A stretch of DNA of 64,000 nucleotides from Podarcis vaucheri (GCA_965113315.1 OZ220376.1), one strand, 5' to 3'; numbered from the stretch's first letter, positions 1 through 12,800 are shown. A program made the numbers and translations. The notes: generated by a model from the letters alone, not told the origin.

Positions 1-547
1 CCGCTAAAAGTATCCGTGCTAGTCACATAAAAGACAACGCTATAGATTGTTCATTAATTTGATTTATTGCAAATGGTTATTTCTGGATCTTTCTTAATAC
101 GTTTTATTGGACTTGCTGGTTCTGTAACTGGATTTGCAATTGCTTTTAGTCAAATACAATAAATGATTGATTGATTGTCTTATACAGGGACTTTCCTTCA
201 AGTCGACAAGGTGCAACGAGGCCTTGTGTTCAAATCTCGGAGTGCACTGCCCTGCATGTTTAAAATGAACATTATTTACTGTACTCGGACCACGTTTGTA
301 TGAAGATAAATCATTAAAAAAAATCTAAGCAGTCTGCACAAAACAGTCCTTTGGGAAGAAGGCCAGGATATAAATTTTAAAAATAAACACACAAAAATAT
401 AAATATAACATGTTCATATTAAAAATACCGACAAAAATCAAAAACATTGAAGATATAAACAAAACCAACGAGCTGGCGGCGAGTCCAGGCTCCGCTCAGA
501 ACCGAACTGCAGCAACCAGCGTGCACTGCGGGCTCCGGCTCGGCTCG

Positions 548-655
548 GACTACAACCCCCAGAGTGCCTTTCGCGCTGGCGGTTGGAGGAGGAAAGCGAA
601 TAAGACGACGGCCGCCTCCGCCTCCCCCTTCCCCCACTTCCCATCGTGCCCTGCG
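548..655 (+). promoter_or_regulatory. Two ZNF143/Staf (SBS)-like motifs
   Basis: gactacaacccccagagtgc (548-567) resembles ACTACAnnTCCCAGnATGC; ttcccatcgtgccctgcg (638-655) resembles the Staf core TTCCCAnnATGCnnnGCG. Confidence 0.6.
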
Positions 656-827
656 CAGGCTGTAGCGAGTGAGAGGCCGCGCTAGGGTCGGTCTCCGCGG
701 CCTGGGCTCGCGCCGTTGTTCCACTCCCCACCCCCACCCCGCCGCGCTCCCCTGGTTTCCAAGGAGACGCCACCCCCCTTTCCCCTCCGCCGCGCTCTCG
801 GCTCACCTCGTAGCTGCCGCCGCCGCC

Positions 828-888
828 ATGTCGGCCCAGGCCCAGATGCGGGCGCTGCTCGACCAGCTGATGGGCACGGCCCGGGACG
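828..888 (+). CDS. LUC7L: LUC7L coding exon 1
   Basis: MSAQAQMRALLDQLMGTARD-G; donor G|gtgagt. Confidence 0.96.
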
Positions 889-3800
889 GTGAGTAGGGAC
901 GGGCGAGGCGGGGGCCTGCAGGAAGGAAGCGAGCGAGCGAGCGCCTCGGGCCTGGCGCGGACAGAGCCCTTGGGGGGCCCTGCAATGGCGGGGCGCCGCC
1001 GTGGCTGAGGAGGCGACCCATCTCTCGCCGCCGCCGCCGCCGCCTCCGGTGTCCATCGGCGGGGCCTCGCCTCAGAGGCCCACCCACAGCAGGGCCTCGC
1101 TTCCCCTGCCGGCAAACTGAGGCTTTCCATCCCCTGAAAGAGGCAGCGGCTCTTTCTCTTCTTAATAAATTCATAAGGTTTGAGGGGTTCCGTTTCTGGG
1201 AGGCCAGGGATGAGTGAGCGCTTAGCATATGCTCAGAGGCGCTCTTGCCCGACCGCCCCCCCCATCGCCTCGCGCGTTTTATTTCACACGTCCTTGGCTT
1301 GAGCCTTTGCGTTGTACCCTGCTAGGAAAAGCCCCTCCCTGCTCATATTTGTAAGAGAGGGGCTTTGGGATTATCCTAGGATTATATGATAAGGGGATAA
1401 GAAGGACGTTTTTGGCTGATGGGCATCTAAAATGAGGAGCAACTTTGAATTGCTTCTTTCAGTTAGCCAAGATAGGTAAGTGGAGCTTCCAAGTCCAGCA
1501 GAAGTCTACCTCTTAATGCCAGAAGTGCTTGTGTCTGTTTTAGGGTGGGGTGAGCGCTCCCTGCCTTTGTGGCCTCCTTGTAGGTTTGCCAAGGGGCAGT
1601 TTGGAAACTGGATGTTTGAAGGAGTAGATAGAGCATTGGTCTGAGCCAATGTTACTGCTGAGCCATATGGAGAGTTTATAGCAAAAGACAGCTGGGTGCT
1701 AGCTGGCCGGAAGTCAAACCTGTCAGGCCAGTTTAAAGTTTGGCTGTGTGGCAAGTTGGCCAGTGTAGTGATTGTTGGTCATGGCAATGTGGGTGGTGAG
1801 AGTCACCAAGCACAGCGCTTGGACGAAGGTGCCTAAGCAGGGTAGCCGAGTCCCCAGCACCTGCATTATCATGCCTTCAAGGTGTGCCAGTCCAAATGCC
1901 CACCAAAGCTGGTGGTGTAGTTCTTGACGTAACATCTAATTCCTGGAAACCTCTGCTCAGTAGCCTAAAACACTGCTACAGATGGTATAAGGGAAACAAT
2001 CAGGTGTTTTAGAGTAACTTAGGATCTAGTGTGTTCAGTACATTTCGAGGGCACTCTTGGAAAGCATTGGCAAGGAATACATATTACATTAAATCCCATA
2101 ACTTGGACACTTAAAGCTGCCTGAAACATAAGGCTTTAAATGCCAGATTTGTTGGTTTTAGCTCTGTATCATGAGCTGAAAGCCTGACTTTTTCTGGTCT
2201 TATGTGGTGAGGCTTTTCTTTTGTAAACTCGCCTGTAGAGGTAATGCTTCGTGAATAAAAGCACGAAGGTAGGCCTGTTCTGTATGGAAACGGGACTTTA
2301 GTGCTAGCCCCAGGACATCCCCTTGAAAAGCTGTGCATTCCTGTCAAGGTTTGTATCTGCTTCCTTACTTGAATCGGCAACTATCTGGCACATTTGCAGA
2401 ACTCTGCAGATAACTTTTTGCACTTTGTTTCGTAAATGAATAAGTGCTCGTTCTTTCTTTGTGTATTTGAGTTGCTTTTGANNNNNNNNNNNNNNNNNNN
2501 NNNNNNNNNNNNNNNNNNNNNNNNNNNNNNNNNNNNNNNNNNNNNNNNNNNNNNNNNNNNNNNNNNNNNNNNNNNNNNNNNNNNNNNNNNNNNNNNNNNN
2601 NNNNNNNNNNNNNNNNNNNNNNNNNNNNNNNNNNNNNNNNNNNNNNTATAACAAAAAAAGTGTTTGCTGCTTTTTTCACAAGTAACTTTAAAAGTGTAGC
2701 TTAGAAAAGAAAGAAAAAAAAGGGAAAAATACATTTTTAGTAGACACAACATTAATCCTGGATGCTTGCGAATCCTGATCTATAGTCATACACAGACTAG
2801 CTTTTAAAAAACAATTGTCACATACCATTACCACTTTGCCTTTACTTTTTATGTATCATTCCCCTGACTTCCTTACTGCAGGTGTGGGCAAGAAAACTTT
2901 TCCTTTAAAACTTTTCAACAGCGGGCATAAAAATTCTGCAGCTGAGGTCTTGAAGAAGGCAGATGGGTATAGTATATGTTGGAGCTCGCAGTGTGTATTA
3001 ACTAACTTCCCTTTTTTCTTGTTGGTTTTGCTTGTTTTTAAGTGGCTCCCAAATGTAAAAATGTTTTCTGAGGGCGGGGAAGGGGAGGGGCAAAACAAAT
3101 TATACTCTTCAGGTCAACACCAAAATACGTCTGGTGGCCCTGTGGCACCTCATTGCTTGTTAACAGTACAAGGCAGCAGCATTAACTGAAAAGACAGTGA
3201 ATTAATAAATGGCTGCTTATTAAAATTCCCAGGTGTTGATCTGTTTTGTTCATGGTGTTCAGAGAGCACAGGTTTTGATATCTCCAGACCCTTCTCCATG
3301 CAGAAGAAAATTCTTTGTGGTCTGGATCCTTGGCTGACTGTACTGTCATTTTACATAGATGTCTGGCTACGGGCATTCTTGTGGTCAGCACCATTCTTAG
3401 TAAGTGGTGCATGTGACATTAAATGCTATACTTGCTTCGATTCTCAGCTGTGAAAGAAAAACGAATATTCTGTGACTTAATGGCTTTGTAGTTCTTCAAG
3501 CAGTTCTGGGGTTCGTGAAGTATTTTTATCTGCATAATGAGGCGAAATAGAAACTTACCACAGTTTACCTTGCTTAGCATTTTAAATGGTTTTTTTCATA
3601 TTTATAATCAAACATGAATTTCAGGAGATGAAACGAGGCAAAGGGTGAAGTTCACAGATGAACGAGTCTGCAAGAGCCACCTTCTGGATTGTTGCCCTCA
3701 TGATATTTTAGCAGGAACGGTAAGTACCCTTCCTGATGGTGCTACAGAATATATGGTTTAACAGTTAAATTCTGTGTAGCTATGTGTACAAACTCAAAAA

Positions 3801-6800
3801 ACCCAAGTGGTGTCAAGCTTGGAACCTCCCGTTTCTCTAATAATCAGGAACATAGTACTTTGGAGTACAGTGGAATTCTGTGTGATGTTACTTAAACATT
3901 ATGAAAAACTCTACATGCACACTTAAGTGTTCTGGTTATGAAATTGAGGTAGCTAAGTTGATCCCTTAATCTTATCTGTAATGGGCAGCAGTCAAGTAGT
4001 TACCTGAGCAGCAGAATTCAAATATATCCAGTCAGCTGATGTGAAAGGGGACATCATAAGGAAAAGCAGTAAGGTGTTCTTAGTAATGTGTGTCCCTTTT
4101 ATTTGTGACAATTTCATATAAAATGTGGATCAGCAAATAACTCAACCTTCTTTTATTTAACAAAAAATACACAGAACATTAATACATATAGCAGAATATA
4201 ATTCAGCCTTGTATTTGAAATGGCAGAATTTTTGAATTGGCATGTTTCAGAAGCGCATAATTGGCCCACAATGGAGTACACCAAATGAATTTTTAATGGT
4301 TAAAAAGAATACAAAACCCTTTAAAATATGTATATTAAAGCTGTATCTAGTGTCATTCCTACTCAGAGTAGACCCGTTGAAATGAATGAACATGACTTTC
4401 ATTAATTGTGATGTATACTTTTAAGTAAACTTAGTTGGATACAACCCATATATATTAATGTTATCTGACTCAAAATGAACATGTATAAGGTAGAGTTACT
4501 TTTTTCACTTTTCCAAACCTGGCTCATGCATTCCTATAAGCCTAATCATATTTTCACATGAATGTAAAGATCTCAGGTTGTTTTGTCTTCTTTTCCCCCT
4601 TCTCAACAGCGCATGGACCTTGGAGAGTGTACAAAAATTCATGATTTGGCACTAAGAGCAGATTATGAAATTGCAAGTAAAGAGAGGGACCTGTTCTTTG
4701 AGTTGGACGTAAGTGCTTTGTGTTTTTTTCCAGTAATGAAATGCTGGTATCAGATTGGGCAACAGTAAGTCTGATATTCCCGCTAATCTTGTGACATTTT
4801 CCTTTGTAAGCTTCCTGCAAAGGTTAGCAGAAGTTTTCTATACCGTTCACAAAACAGTGATTTCTGAACTATGTAGAGTTACAACTAGTGGTTGTCAGAC
4901 AGAGACTTAGAACATTGCACTCTAGATTTTAATGAGCAGTTTGTTACTAGACACAAAGTGTCTAGGGTTTCTCTTCAGAGCAAAGTTGTCATGCTGGGCA
5001 CTGGCTTCAAATAATCCCAATGCAACAAGCCCATAAAACAATTGCTGGTTAATTTGCAGACTGCGTAGTGTTTATTTTTATAGGAATATAGATATTCCTA
5101 TATTGTTGATTCAATTATTGTTGATAATGTGATGCGCTGCTGCCCTGCCCGAAACAGGTGCAGTCACTGAGGCCTGCACTCTGAGATCAGAGTGGAGCCC
5201 ACTGGTCTCGTAATCAATACCACTGAGCTAAATCTAGCTTGTAGCTCTTTAAAGCAGTGTTTCCCAACCTTGGGTCTCCAGCTGTTTTTGGACTAGTACT
5301 CCCATCATCACTAGCTAGCAAGACCAGCGGTCCAGGGTGATGGGAATTGTGGTCCGAAAACGGCTGGAAACCAAAGGTTGGGAAACACTGCTTTAAAGCA
5401 GCCTTTGCCAACCAGGTGCCCTCCAGATGATCTGGACTACAGCTCCCACCAGTCCTATCCAGTACATGCTTAACTGAGCAGAGTTGCCCTATCCTCTTTC
5501 TTCTGAGGAATCCAGCTCAATATATCCTCTGCTGTACCTAAGAATTCTATTATAAGAGCACCGTAAAGAATATTTCAGTTATTTTAAACTTCTACCTAAA
5601 AATGTCTTTGTTGCCATTTTGCCATTCTTGGTGTTTGTTATATAAAACTAAACAAACTAGCATCTCTGCTAGGGTTTAATAATTTGATGTACCACAACAG
5701 CATTAGGATATTGCTTTGTGCTCTGAAGAAATGGGTTTTCTAAACACACCTTTGCTTTATCCTGAAGAAACATCTCTTGTTCCCACCTCACCATCAGTTG
5801 CTTTCATCTGCCCTTTACTGTCACTATCAGTTTTGATCTGAAATACCAACAAGAGGATTGTGTTCATCTTGGGGCATCTCTTCCAACAGGGAAAGCATAT
5901 TGAAGTAACGCTCTATGCATACACCCTTCCTATATGTGTGTCAGCTTTGTTTGTTTGTACATCTGTAGGCAATGGACCACTTGGAATCCTTCATTGCTGA
6001 GTGTGACAGAAGAACTGAACTGGCAAAGAAACGACTTGCAGAAACACAGGAAGAGATCAGTGCTGAAGTGGCTGCAAAGGTACTTTAGTCGGGGAAAATC
6101 ATGTGTGGCAGGATTTTGGCAAGGCTGTATCAGCAGTTGCCATCCTATCTTGTTACATGGGGCTTCCAGTCTCCTCTGATTTACTGGACCAATTCTATTC
6201 ATACTTGCCCAGCTTCAGCAGTGCTGCATCCCCAGATGTTCCCAGACAGTTCAGTTGGCATCTATGTGAGAAGCTGGTCCTATCGTAAAGGTTAAATACA
6301 TGAGCTCTTTAAGTTGGGTGCTCCTTAGTTCAAGCTGCCTTGAAGCTCAATGTCAAGGTGCGATATAAAACGTAATACAATTTCCCCAGCCTTATAAATA
6401 AGCCCACAACACTTACCAGCATGTAATAAATAAATATTACTAGCCTGATGGGGGCTGGAAAAGGAGGATCAGAGAACTGCAGGAGCATCTGCATTTCTTT
6501 GCTGCAGAGGAGGAAGTGGAGTCTGCTGTCCTTTAGCAGCTGCCTTGGTTTCTTTGCTGGACTTTGTTCTGTCCCTCCCCCACCAGCCCTTAGGTTTTTT
6601 TTAACTGCCCTTCACTGTAAGATCCCAGGGTGGGTTACATCAATTTAAAATACAGTATTATAAACATTTTAAAACATGGGCATCACAAGGATGGAGTGGG
6701 TCTTGAAAATTCAAAGGTCAGAGTAAAAAAGGCTGGTGCTGCAATGATATTGCAATCACAAATTCACTATCAGCCCCTGGGATAGAGTTAGCTTACCTTA

Positions 6801-9800
6801 AAAGATTACTTGGATGAGGCATTTGCCTTCCAAGCACTTTATAAATTAATAAACAATTAAATAAGCGGTTCATTTTTGTTTCAGTATGTGTTCTGCTTTT
6901 CTACCAAAAGGCGCTCAAGGTAGCTTGAAATGCATTGCAAAGCCAAAGGAAACAGGCTTCAAGTCAGTATACTGCATTAGAAGGGAATACCCCATTTTCC
7001 CTTGAGTCTTTCACACAAGAACTTTTCCCTTAGACCAGTGATGGCCAAACCTGGCCCTCCAACTGTTTTGGGACTACAACTCCCATCATCCCTAGCTAAC
7101 AGGACCAGTAGTCAGGGATGATGGGAATTGTATTCCCCAAACAGCTGGAGGGGCCATTAAATTCATTGTGTGACCAAAGTCAGATGCCAAAGATGCAATC
7201 TATTCCCTTGATCACTAAACACCATCTCTCCTCTCCAGGCAGAAAAGGTGCATGAACTAAATGAAGACATTGGCAAACTTCTGGCTAAAGCCGAGCAGCT
7301 GGGGGCTGAAGGGAATGTGGATGAATCTCAGAAGATACTGATGGAAGTCGAAAAAGTCCGAGCAAAAAAGAAAGAAGCAGAGGTTTGCTTCCCTCTCTCC
7401 ATATTGATAATGTTCTGTACAAAAGTTACAATTTGTTTATTTAGTCTGCTTTAGCTGCAAAAATGCACCATACTAAAGCAAAATATGGAGTTGTCTCAAA
7501 GCAAAACTAGGTGAGGAAATACTGGTGACTAATTACTGTCTTCCTTGCTTGAAATGACAGCTTCTGAGTATTTCCAAACATTTCCCCATGACTTCGTATG
7601 GAAATCCTTCTATGTAAAGGTGTGTTAGCATCCTAACACAATATGTGCAGGATTAACTGATAGTGGCTACTATTTCTAGTATATTGGGGTAAGTAAACAA
7701 GTAAAGGTAATGGACCCCTGACAGTTAAGTCTAGTCGCGAACGACTCTGGGGTTGCGGCGCTCATCTCGCTTTACTGGCTGAGGGAGCAGACGTTTGTCC
7801 ACAGACAGTTTGTCCGGGTCATGTGGCCAGCATGACTAAGCCGCTTCTGGTGAAACCAGAGCAGCACACAGAAACTCCATTTACCTTCCCGCTGGAGCCG
7901 TACCTATTCATCTGCTTTCACTTTGACGTGCTTTCGAACTGCTAGGTTGAAAGGAGCTGGGACTGAGCAACGGGGGCTCACCCTTTCATGGGGATTCGAA
8001 CCTCCGACCTTCCGATCGGCAAGCCCTAGGCTCAGTGGTTTAGACAATGCACCACCTGCGTCCCTAGGATAGGAGTACAGTGTTAATAAGCTGGGAGAAA
8101 TTGTTTAGGGTGGAGAGATGAAAGCATAAGAGATAAACACTATGGAAGTATTGATACTCAGCTGTCTGATCCTTCCATAGGAGGAATACCGCAATTCTAT
8201 GCCTGCATCCAGTTTCCAGCAACAGAAGCTGCGTGTCTGTGAGGTCTGTTCTGCATACCTTGGTCTCCATGATAACGATCGCCGACTTGCTGATCACTTT
8301 GGAGGCAAATTGCACTTGGGCTTCATTCAGATTCGTGAGAAGCTGGACCAGTTGCGGGTGAGAACTCTGGTGTGGGGCAGCTGCTTTGGATGCAGAAGGC
8401 CACGGTTCAGTCTCTGCTGTACAGATGCCCTGAGGGGGGATTGTAGCCCTGCTTCATGGCTCCTGTGAAATGTGGTTACATGAGCAGTATGCTCTTGGAG
8501 CATTGTCCGTCTCGTGCTCAAGCCATTGGAGAACCATCCTGGTAGAGGATGAATTAACTTGTGTTTTTTGGTCAGACTTGTGTTGTAGCACGCAGCCGCG
8601 TTTAACAAGGTTTGCTATCTTTATCATAGAAAACTGTGGCAGAGAAACAGGAGAAGAGGAATCAGGACCGGTTGAGACGGAGAGAAGAAAGAGAGCGAGA
8701 GGAGAGAACAGGTCAACGGTGAGTGAACTCTAGGAAGTATTTTCGGTGGAAGGTTGTGGCGCTGTGGCTTAAGGGTGCTTGTGCTGCTGTGTGAAGTTCT
8801 CAAAGAAATGGTGTGGCAAAGAGCAGGCATTAGTCACACTTGAATTATGGGCAGTGCATGGCACATCAGGGCCATATATTCTGGTTGCTTCCCCTCAAGT
8901 CAGGAGAAAATGTCAGGTGTGGGCTTTGGAAGGGGACAGAGAGGGAGAAATGGGCATGTTGCTGCTTGGGGAAAACTAGCAGGCCCTGCAGGCAAGCAGC
9001 AAATGACACAACTGTCCGAACAGCTAGGGTTTTTGCCGTGAAAAAGGTGATTAAACCTGCCTTGCTTTATCAAATAGCCACCCTATGTAATTGTTTCATA
9101 GCTGTTTTTCTGATTCAGCTTTAACATATTTATCATCCATGGCCTTTAGGTCCTAATGTTTAGAATTCTTTTCCTAAGTGTTATTTTGCTCTAAAAGAAT
9201 ATGTCCATTTGAAAGGCTCCCACAACTCTGTCAATCATTAACTTACCTGAAAACAAATGTTGCTTTTTGCTAGGTCTGGATCCAGAAACAGAGATCGCAG
9301 AAGGTGAGTGTTTTAAGTTGGTATTGATGGTTATTCATTCTGAGTAAGGTGACTGGCATTCCTTTGCAGTTCTTTCTCTTTCTGCCATTCTGTTTGAGCA
9401 TTGGACCAGAGGAGGAAGAACCCTGGTGCCTTTTCCAGTTTGTAGCAATTGCTTGCTTGACCAATCCCTACTGTGGTTTCAAGGAAGTGTATTTAGGGTG
9501 GGTAAACCACAATTATTTGAAAGGTTTAAAATATTGGATTGCTCCATTTGATAGAGACTTGCCTTAGCAAAGTCCTTGCAGCATTTTCAGTACATACTTA
9601 AAGGCCTTTTCCATGCATCCATTCTTCCTGTATGGATGTTAGGTTGCCAGTCTCAAGAGGGTGGTCTCATGTTGAGGCAAAGCCATTTAGACTCTGAGAG
9701 AAAGCCAGCCCCTACACTGGTAGGAAACCATTGTAGCTGCTGAGACCCTGGGAGAACATGCTCTTTGTGGCTGAGAGTAAAAGTGGAAGAATGACTGATA

Positions 9801-12800
9801 CATCTTTGCCGAGAATTGCCTTGAATATACTGTAGCTGTTCAGGAGCACAAAACACCACCTTCTTCTCCACATTGTCACATCTGAAATGGAAGCTTTGCA
9901 TCTTCCTCAACCAGGAAGTGCCCAGGCTCTTGGGGAAGAAGTGTATAATCTGGGCAGAGGTGATGTAAAGGCTTCCTTTTCAGCATGGTGCTGTGGAGGA
10001 ACTGGAAACTGAGGGAGTACTAAATGTGCAGAAGAGGAAGAAACTGTTCCTGTTCTGCAGTAATGAAATATAAAAGAGCTCAACCTAATCCAAGTAGTAG
10101 CTCGCTTGAACTAAATGCACAAAGGATTAATCCACATGTATTAAGTTATCAAGAGATGTTATAGGACAGTGAGTGAAATGAAAGTACTGAATGTTATTGT
10201 GTTAGGAAGCATACAAGGTCCTAAAATTACTGGAATTAATGCTTAATCAGCGAGTCATTCTTATATAGAAGCATTTTAGCTGTTTATTAATCTTAAATGT
10301 GATTGGCAAATCAGACATTGCTAAATGTTCTGGACAGCATAAGGGGTTGAGGAAGCCTGTTCAAAATATTTTTATGCAAATCTGAAGCTATTGGTGTTCT
10401 GCGAGGTATGTCTTTTTCATTTATGCATTAAGACAAGCATGTTTTTATGTAGGATGCTGCAGTCCTACAATACTGGTCAGACTTAACAGTATTAGCCCAG
10501 GTTCAATTTCTTCCCTGCTGGTCATTAAACTCATTGGGTGGCATTGAGCAAGTCACTTTCTCAGCCATAACCTACCTAACAGGGTTCTTGTGAGTATAAA
10601 ATGGAGGAAGAACCCTGACTGTAATAAAAACTTGAAATTGAATTTCTTTGCAAATGCAGCAGTGGGGAAATCCAGCAGCTGTTCATGTCAATTCTCTGTA
10701 TCTCTGGGTTTTATACTGCTTGTTCCTGGTTCTTGCAGGTCTCGCTCTCGAGAGCGGAGGCGAAGACGTTCGAGGTCCATTTCCCGTGAGAAGCGAAAGT
10801 CCCGCTCCAAGTCCCGGGAACGAGAGAGGCACAGGCGCCATCGCAGCCGTTCTGGCAGCCATAGCCGAGGCCACCGGCGGGGATCCAGAGACAGGAGTTC
10901 AAAACACAAGTAGGCTTGGTTTTTGCAACCTCTTGGGGAAAGACTTTTTGACTTGTAGTTTAGCCATGAGAAACGAGTTCAGCTGACTATTGGAGAAACA
11001 GTGAGAAAATAGGGATTGGTTCAAACTCCTTCCCAAGGCTGCCATGGGGTGGGGTTGAAGAGAGCTGGTTCACGTGATACAATTAAGCGGGGAATGAAGT
11101 TGAAGGCATGTGCTGCTTTCTCCCATTGTCATCCTAGAAGGTAGGATGTGTAGATGTTGTCCATGAGCTCCAAAAGCCATTTGGGACTCACTGGATTTCT
11201 CGTGGACTAGACCTGTAAGGGTGACTTTGCACATCACCAGAGAAGGCTTCCCTACTTCTTTGCAACACTTGCATCTGCTCAAAAGCATGCTCGTTCCTCT
11301 GTAAGTAGCAGAGAGAATTCTCTCAGACCCAGAATGTTTGTTTGGAATGGTAAGATCTACTGGATTTGAGACAGGCACATACATTTCTACTTGAGAGAGG
11401 CCCAAATCGCTAGCGCTGCTCTCTCAGGTGCTGTGTAGGTTTTGGTGGCCCGGCACACTGTGCTTTAATTGCTTTGAGGGTAAACAATAACCCAGGATTA
11501 CTATTAGGGAGGTAGGCTTGATGTGAACAGGGGCAGTAACATGCTGGATGGCCAGAAGTTCTCCCAGATTGGCTATAAATGCTTCAGAATTGCTCCACCA
11601 CATGGTTAACTGGATTCTACTTCTTTAAAAATACTGTAGTTCTGATCCTGGGAGAAACTTAACAGGAAGCACTTCAGTTCAGATCTACTGCATGCAAGCA
11701 TGTTAACCAAGTGGCCTCCTGATGTACAGCTGTACCTAGTAACTTCTAGCTACTGGTGATCCATAGCAGTATTGCAGGTAGCCTGGGGAAACCTAGTCTC
11801 TGTTCACCATTTTCACTGGATTGATGTCAACAATAGATGAGCAAGTGAGAAATGAAGAGCATTTACAGTTCTCTTCTCTATGAAGGGAAATGAGTATTGG
11901 AAAGTAGGTTTGCTAGAAATGGGGTATGTGGAAATTATTGACTCATGGTTGAGATACTAAATTCATTTTTTAAATCTGTCTTGAACATGAACAATAAAGA
12001 AAAGAAGTTTGGACAATTAGGAAATGAGGAAGACCCTGTAATTACTATTGCTAAAGAGCAGGTAAGGGAATGCTTCAGAAAACCCAAATGTACAATAGCC
12101 CATCTCAAAGTGTTCCCTTGGCGGGGAGGAACTGTATCAGTCATGTTTTCTGGAACAGTTAAAAATTAAAAATGAGAAGGCACAAGAAGTCTCAAAAGAA
12201 AATGAAGTGTTTTATTTCTTCCAAAATAGAAATCATACTTTGATATGTTGCCATCCCTAAAAAAGTCAGCATTTCAACAGTAGATACTGAAGCTTCAAGA
12301 AGATGCAAAATGATACATAAGAGACTGTGTTGGGTAAAGAGTTGAATAATTTGCGGATGTTTGGGCTATTCCCATCTTCTGCTTTTGCATTGTTTATAAT
12401 TTAGATGCCAACAGTTCAACTACTCTTAAGTTGTTTTGAGTTGCTGTGGCAAACATGTGACTAATTAATTTAATTAATAAATAATAAGCCTTATAGTGTT
12501 TTGATATAGCATAGAATAATAAAAGCATTGTAGGAGAACTGATATTGACCCCCCCCAATTCTGTTGACCAATTCTGTTGACCAAGAGAAACTCCCTGTAA
12601 AATAAAGCTGTTTGTGTTTGAGTTGCTGATTGTCTTTCTCAGCTTGGTAGAAGCTTAGAGCCTAATTTGTTGCTATCCTTAGTTGGTTTTTGGTATAAAG
12701 ACTGAATGCTTGTGCTTCTTATCTGACAAAGTTGGCATCCACATTGCAGCTTTGAATTTTTATAAGCCGCTGTGTGTATGCAGCCCCCCCCCTTTAGCTG

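Larger units (their letters stand above)
470..1290. promoter_or_regulatory. CpG island / promoter and exon 1 of LUC7L
   Basis: Abrupt switch from AT-rich to very GC/CpG-rich sequence around the LUC7L ATG (gccgccgccATG, 828). Confidence 0.85.

Noticed and set aside
410-1228. Overlapping long ORFs on both strands near LUC7L exon 1 (e.g. 230 aa on -)
   Set aside because: Stop-poor CpG-island sequence giving low-complexity Arg/Gly/Pro/Ala translations; only 828-888 is supported as coding.
2304-2752. ORFs containing runs of X
   Set aside because: Artefacts of the N gap.
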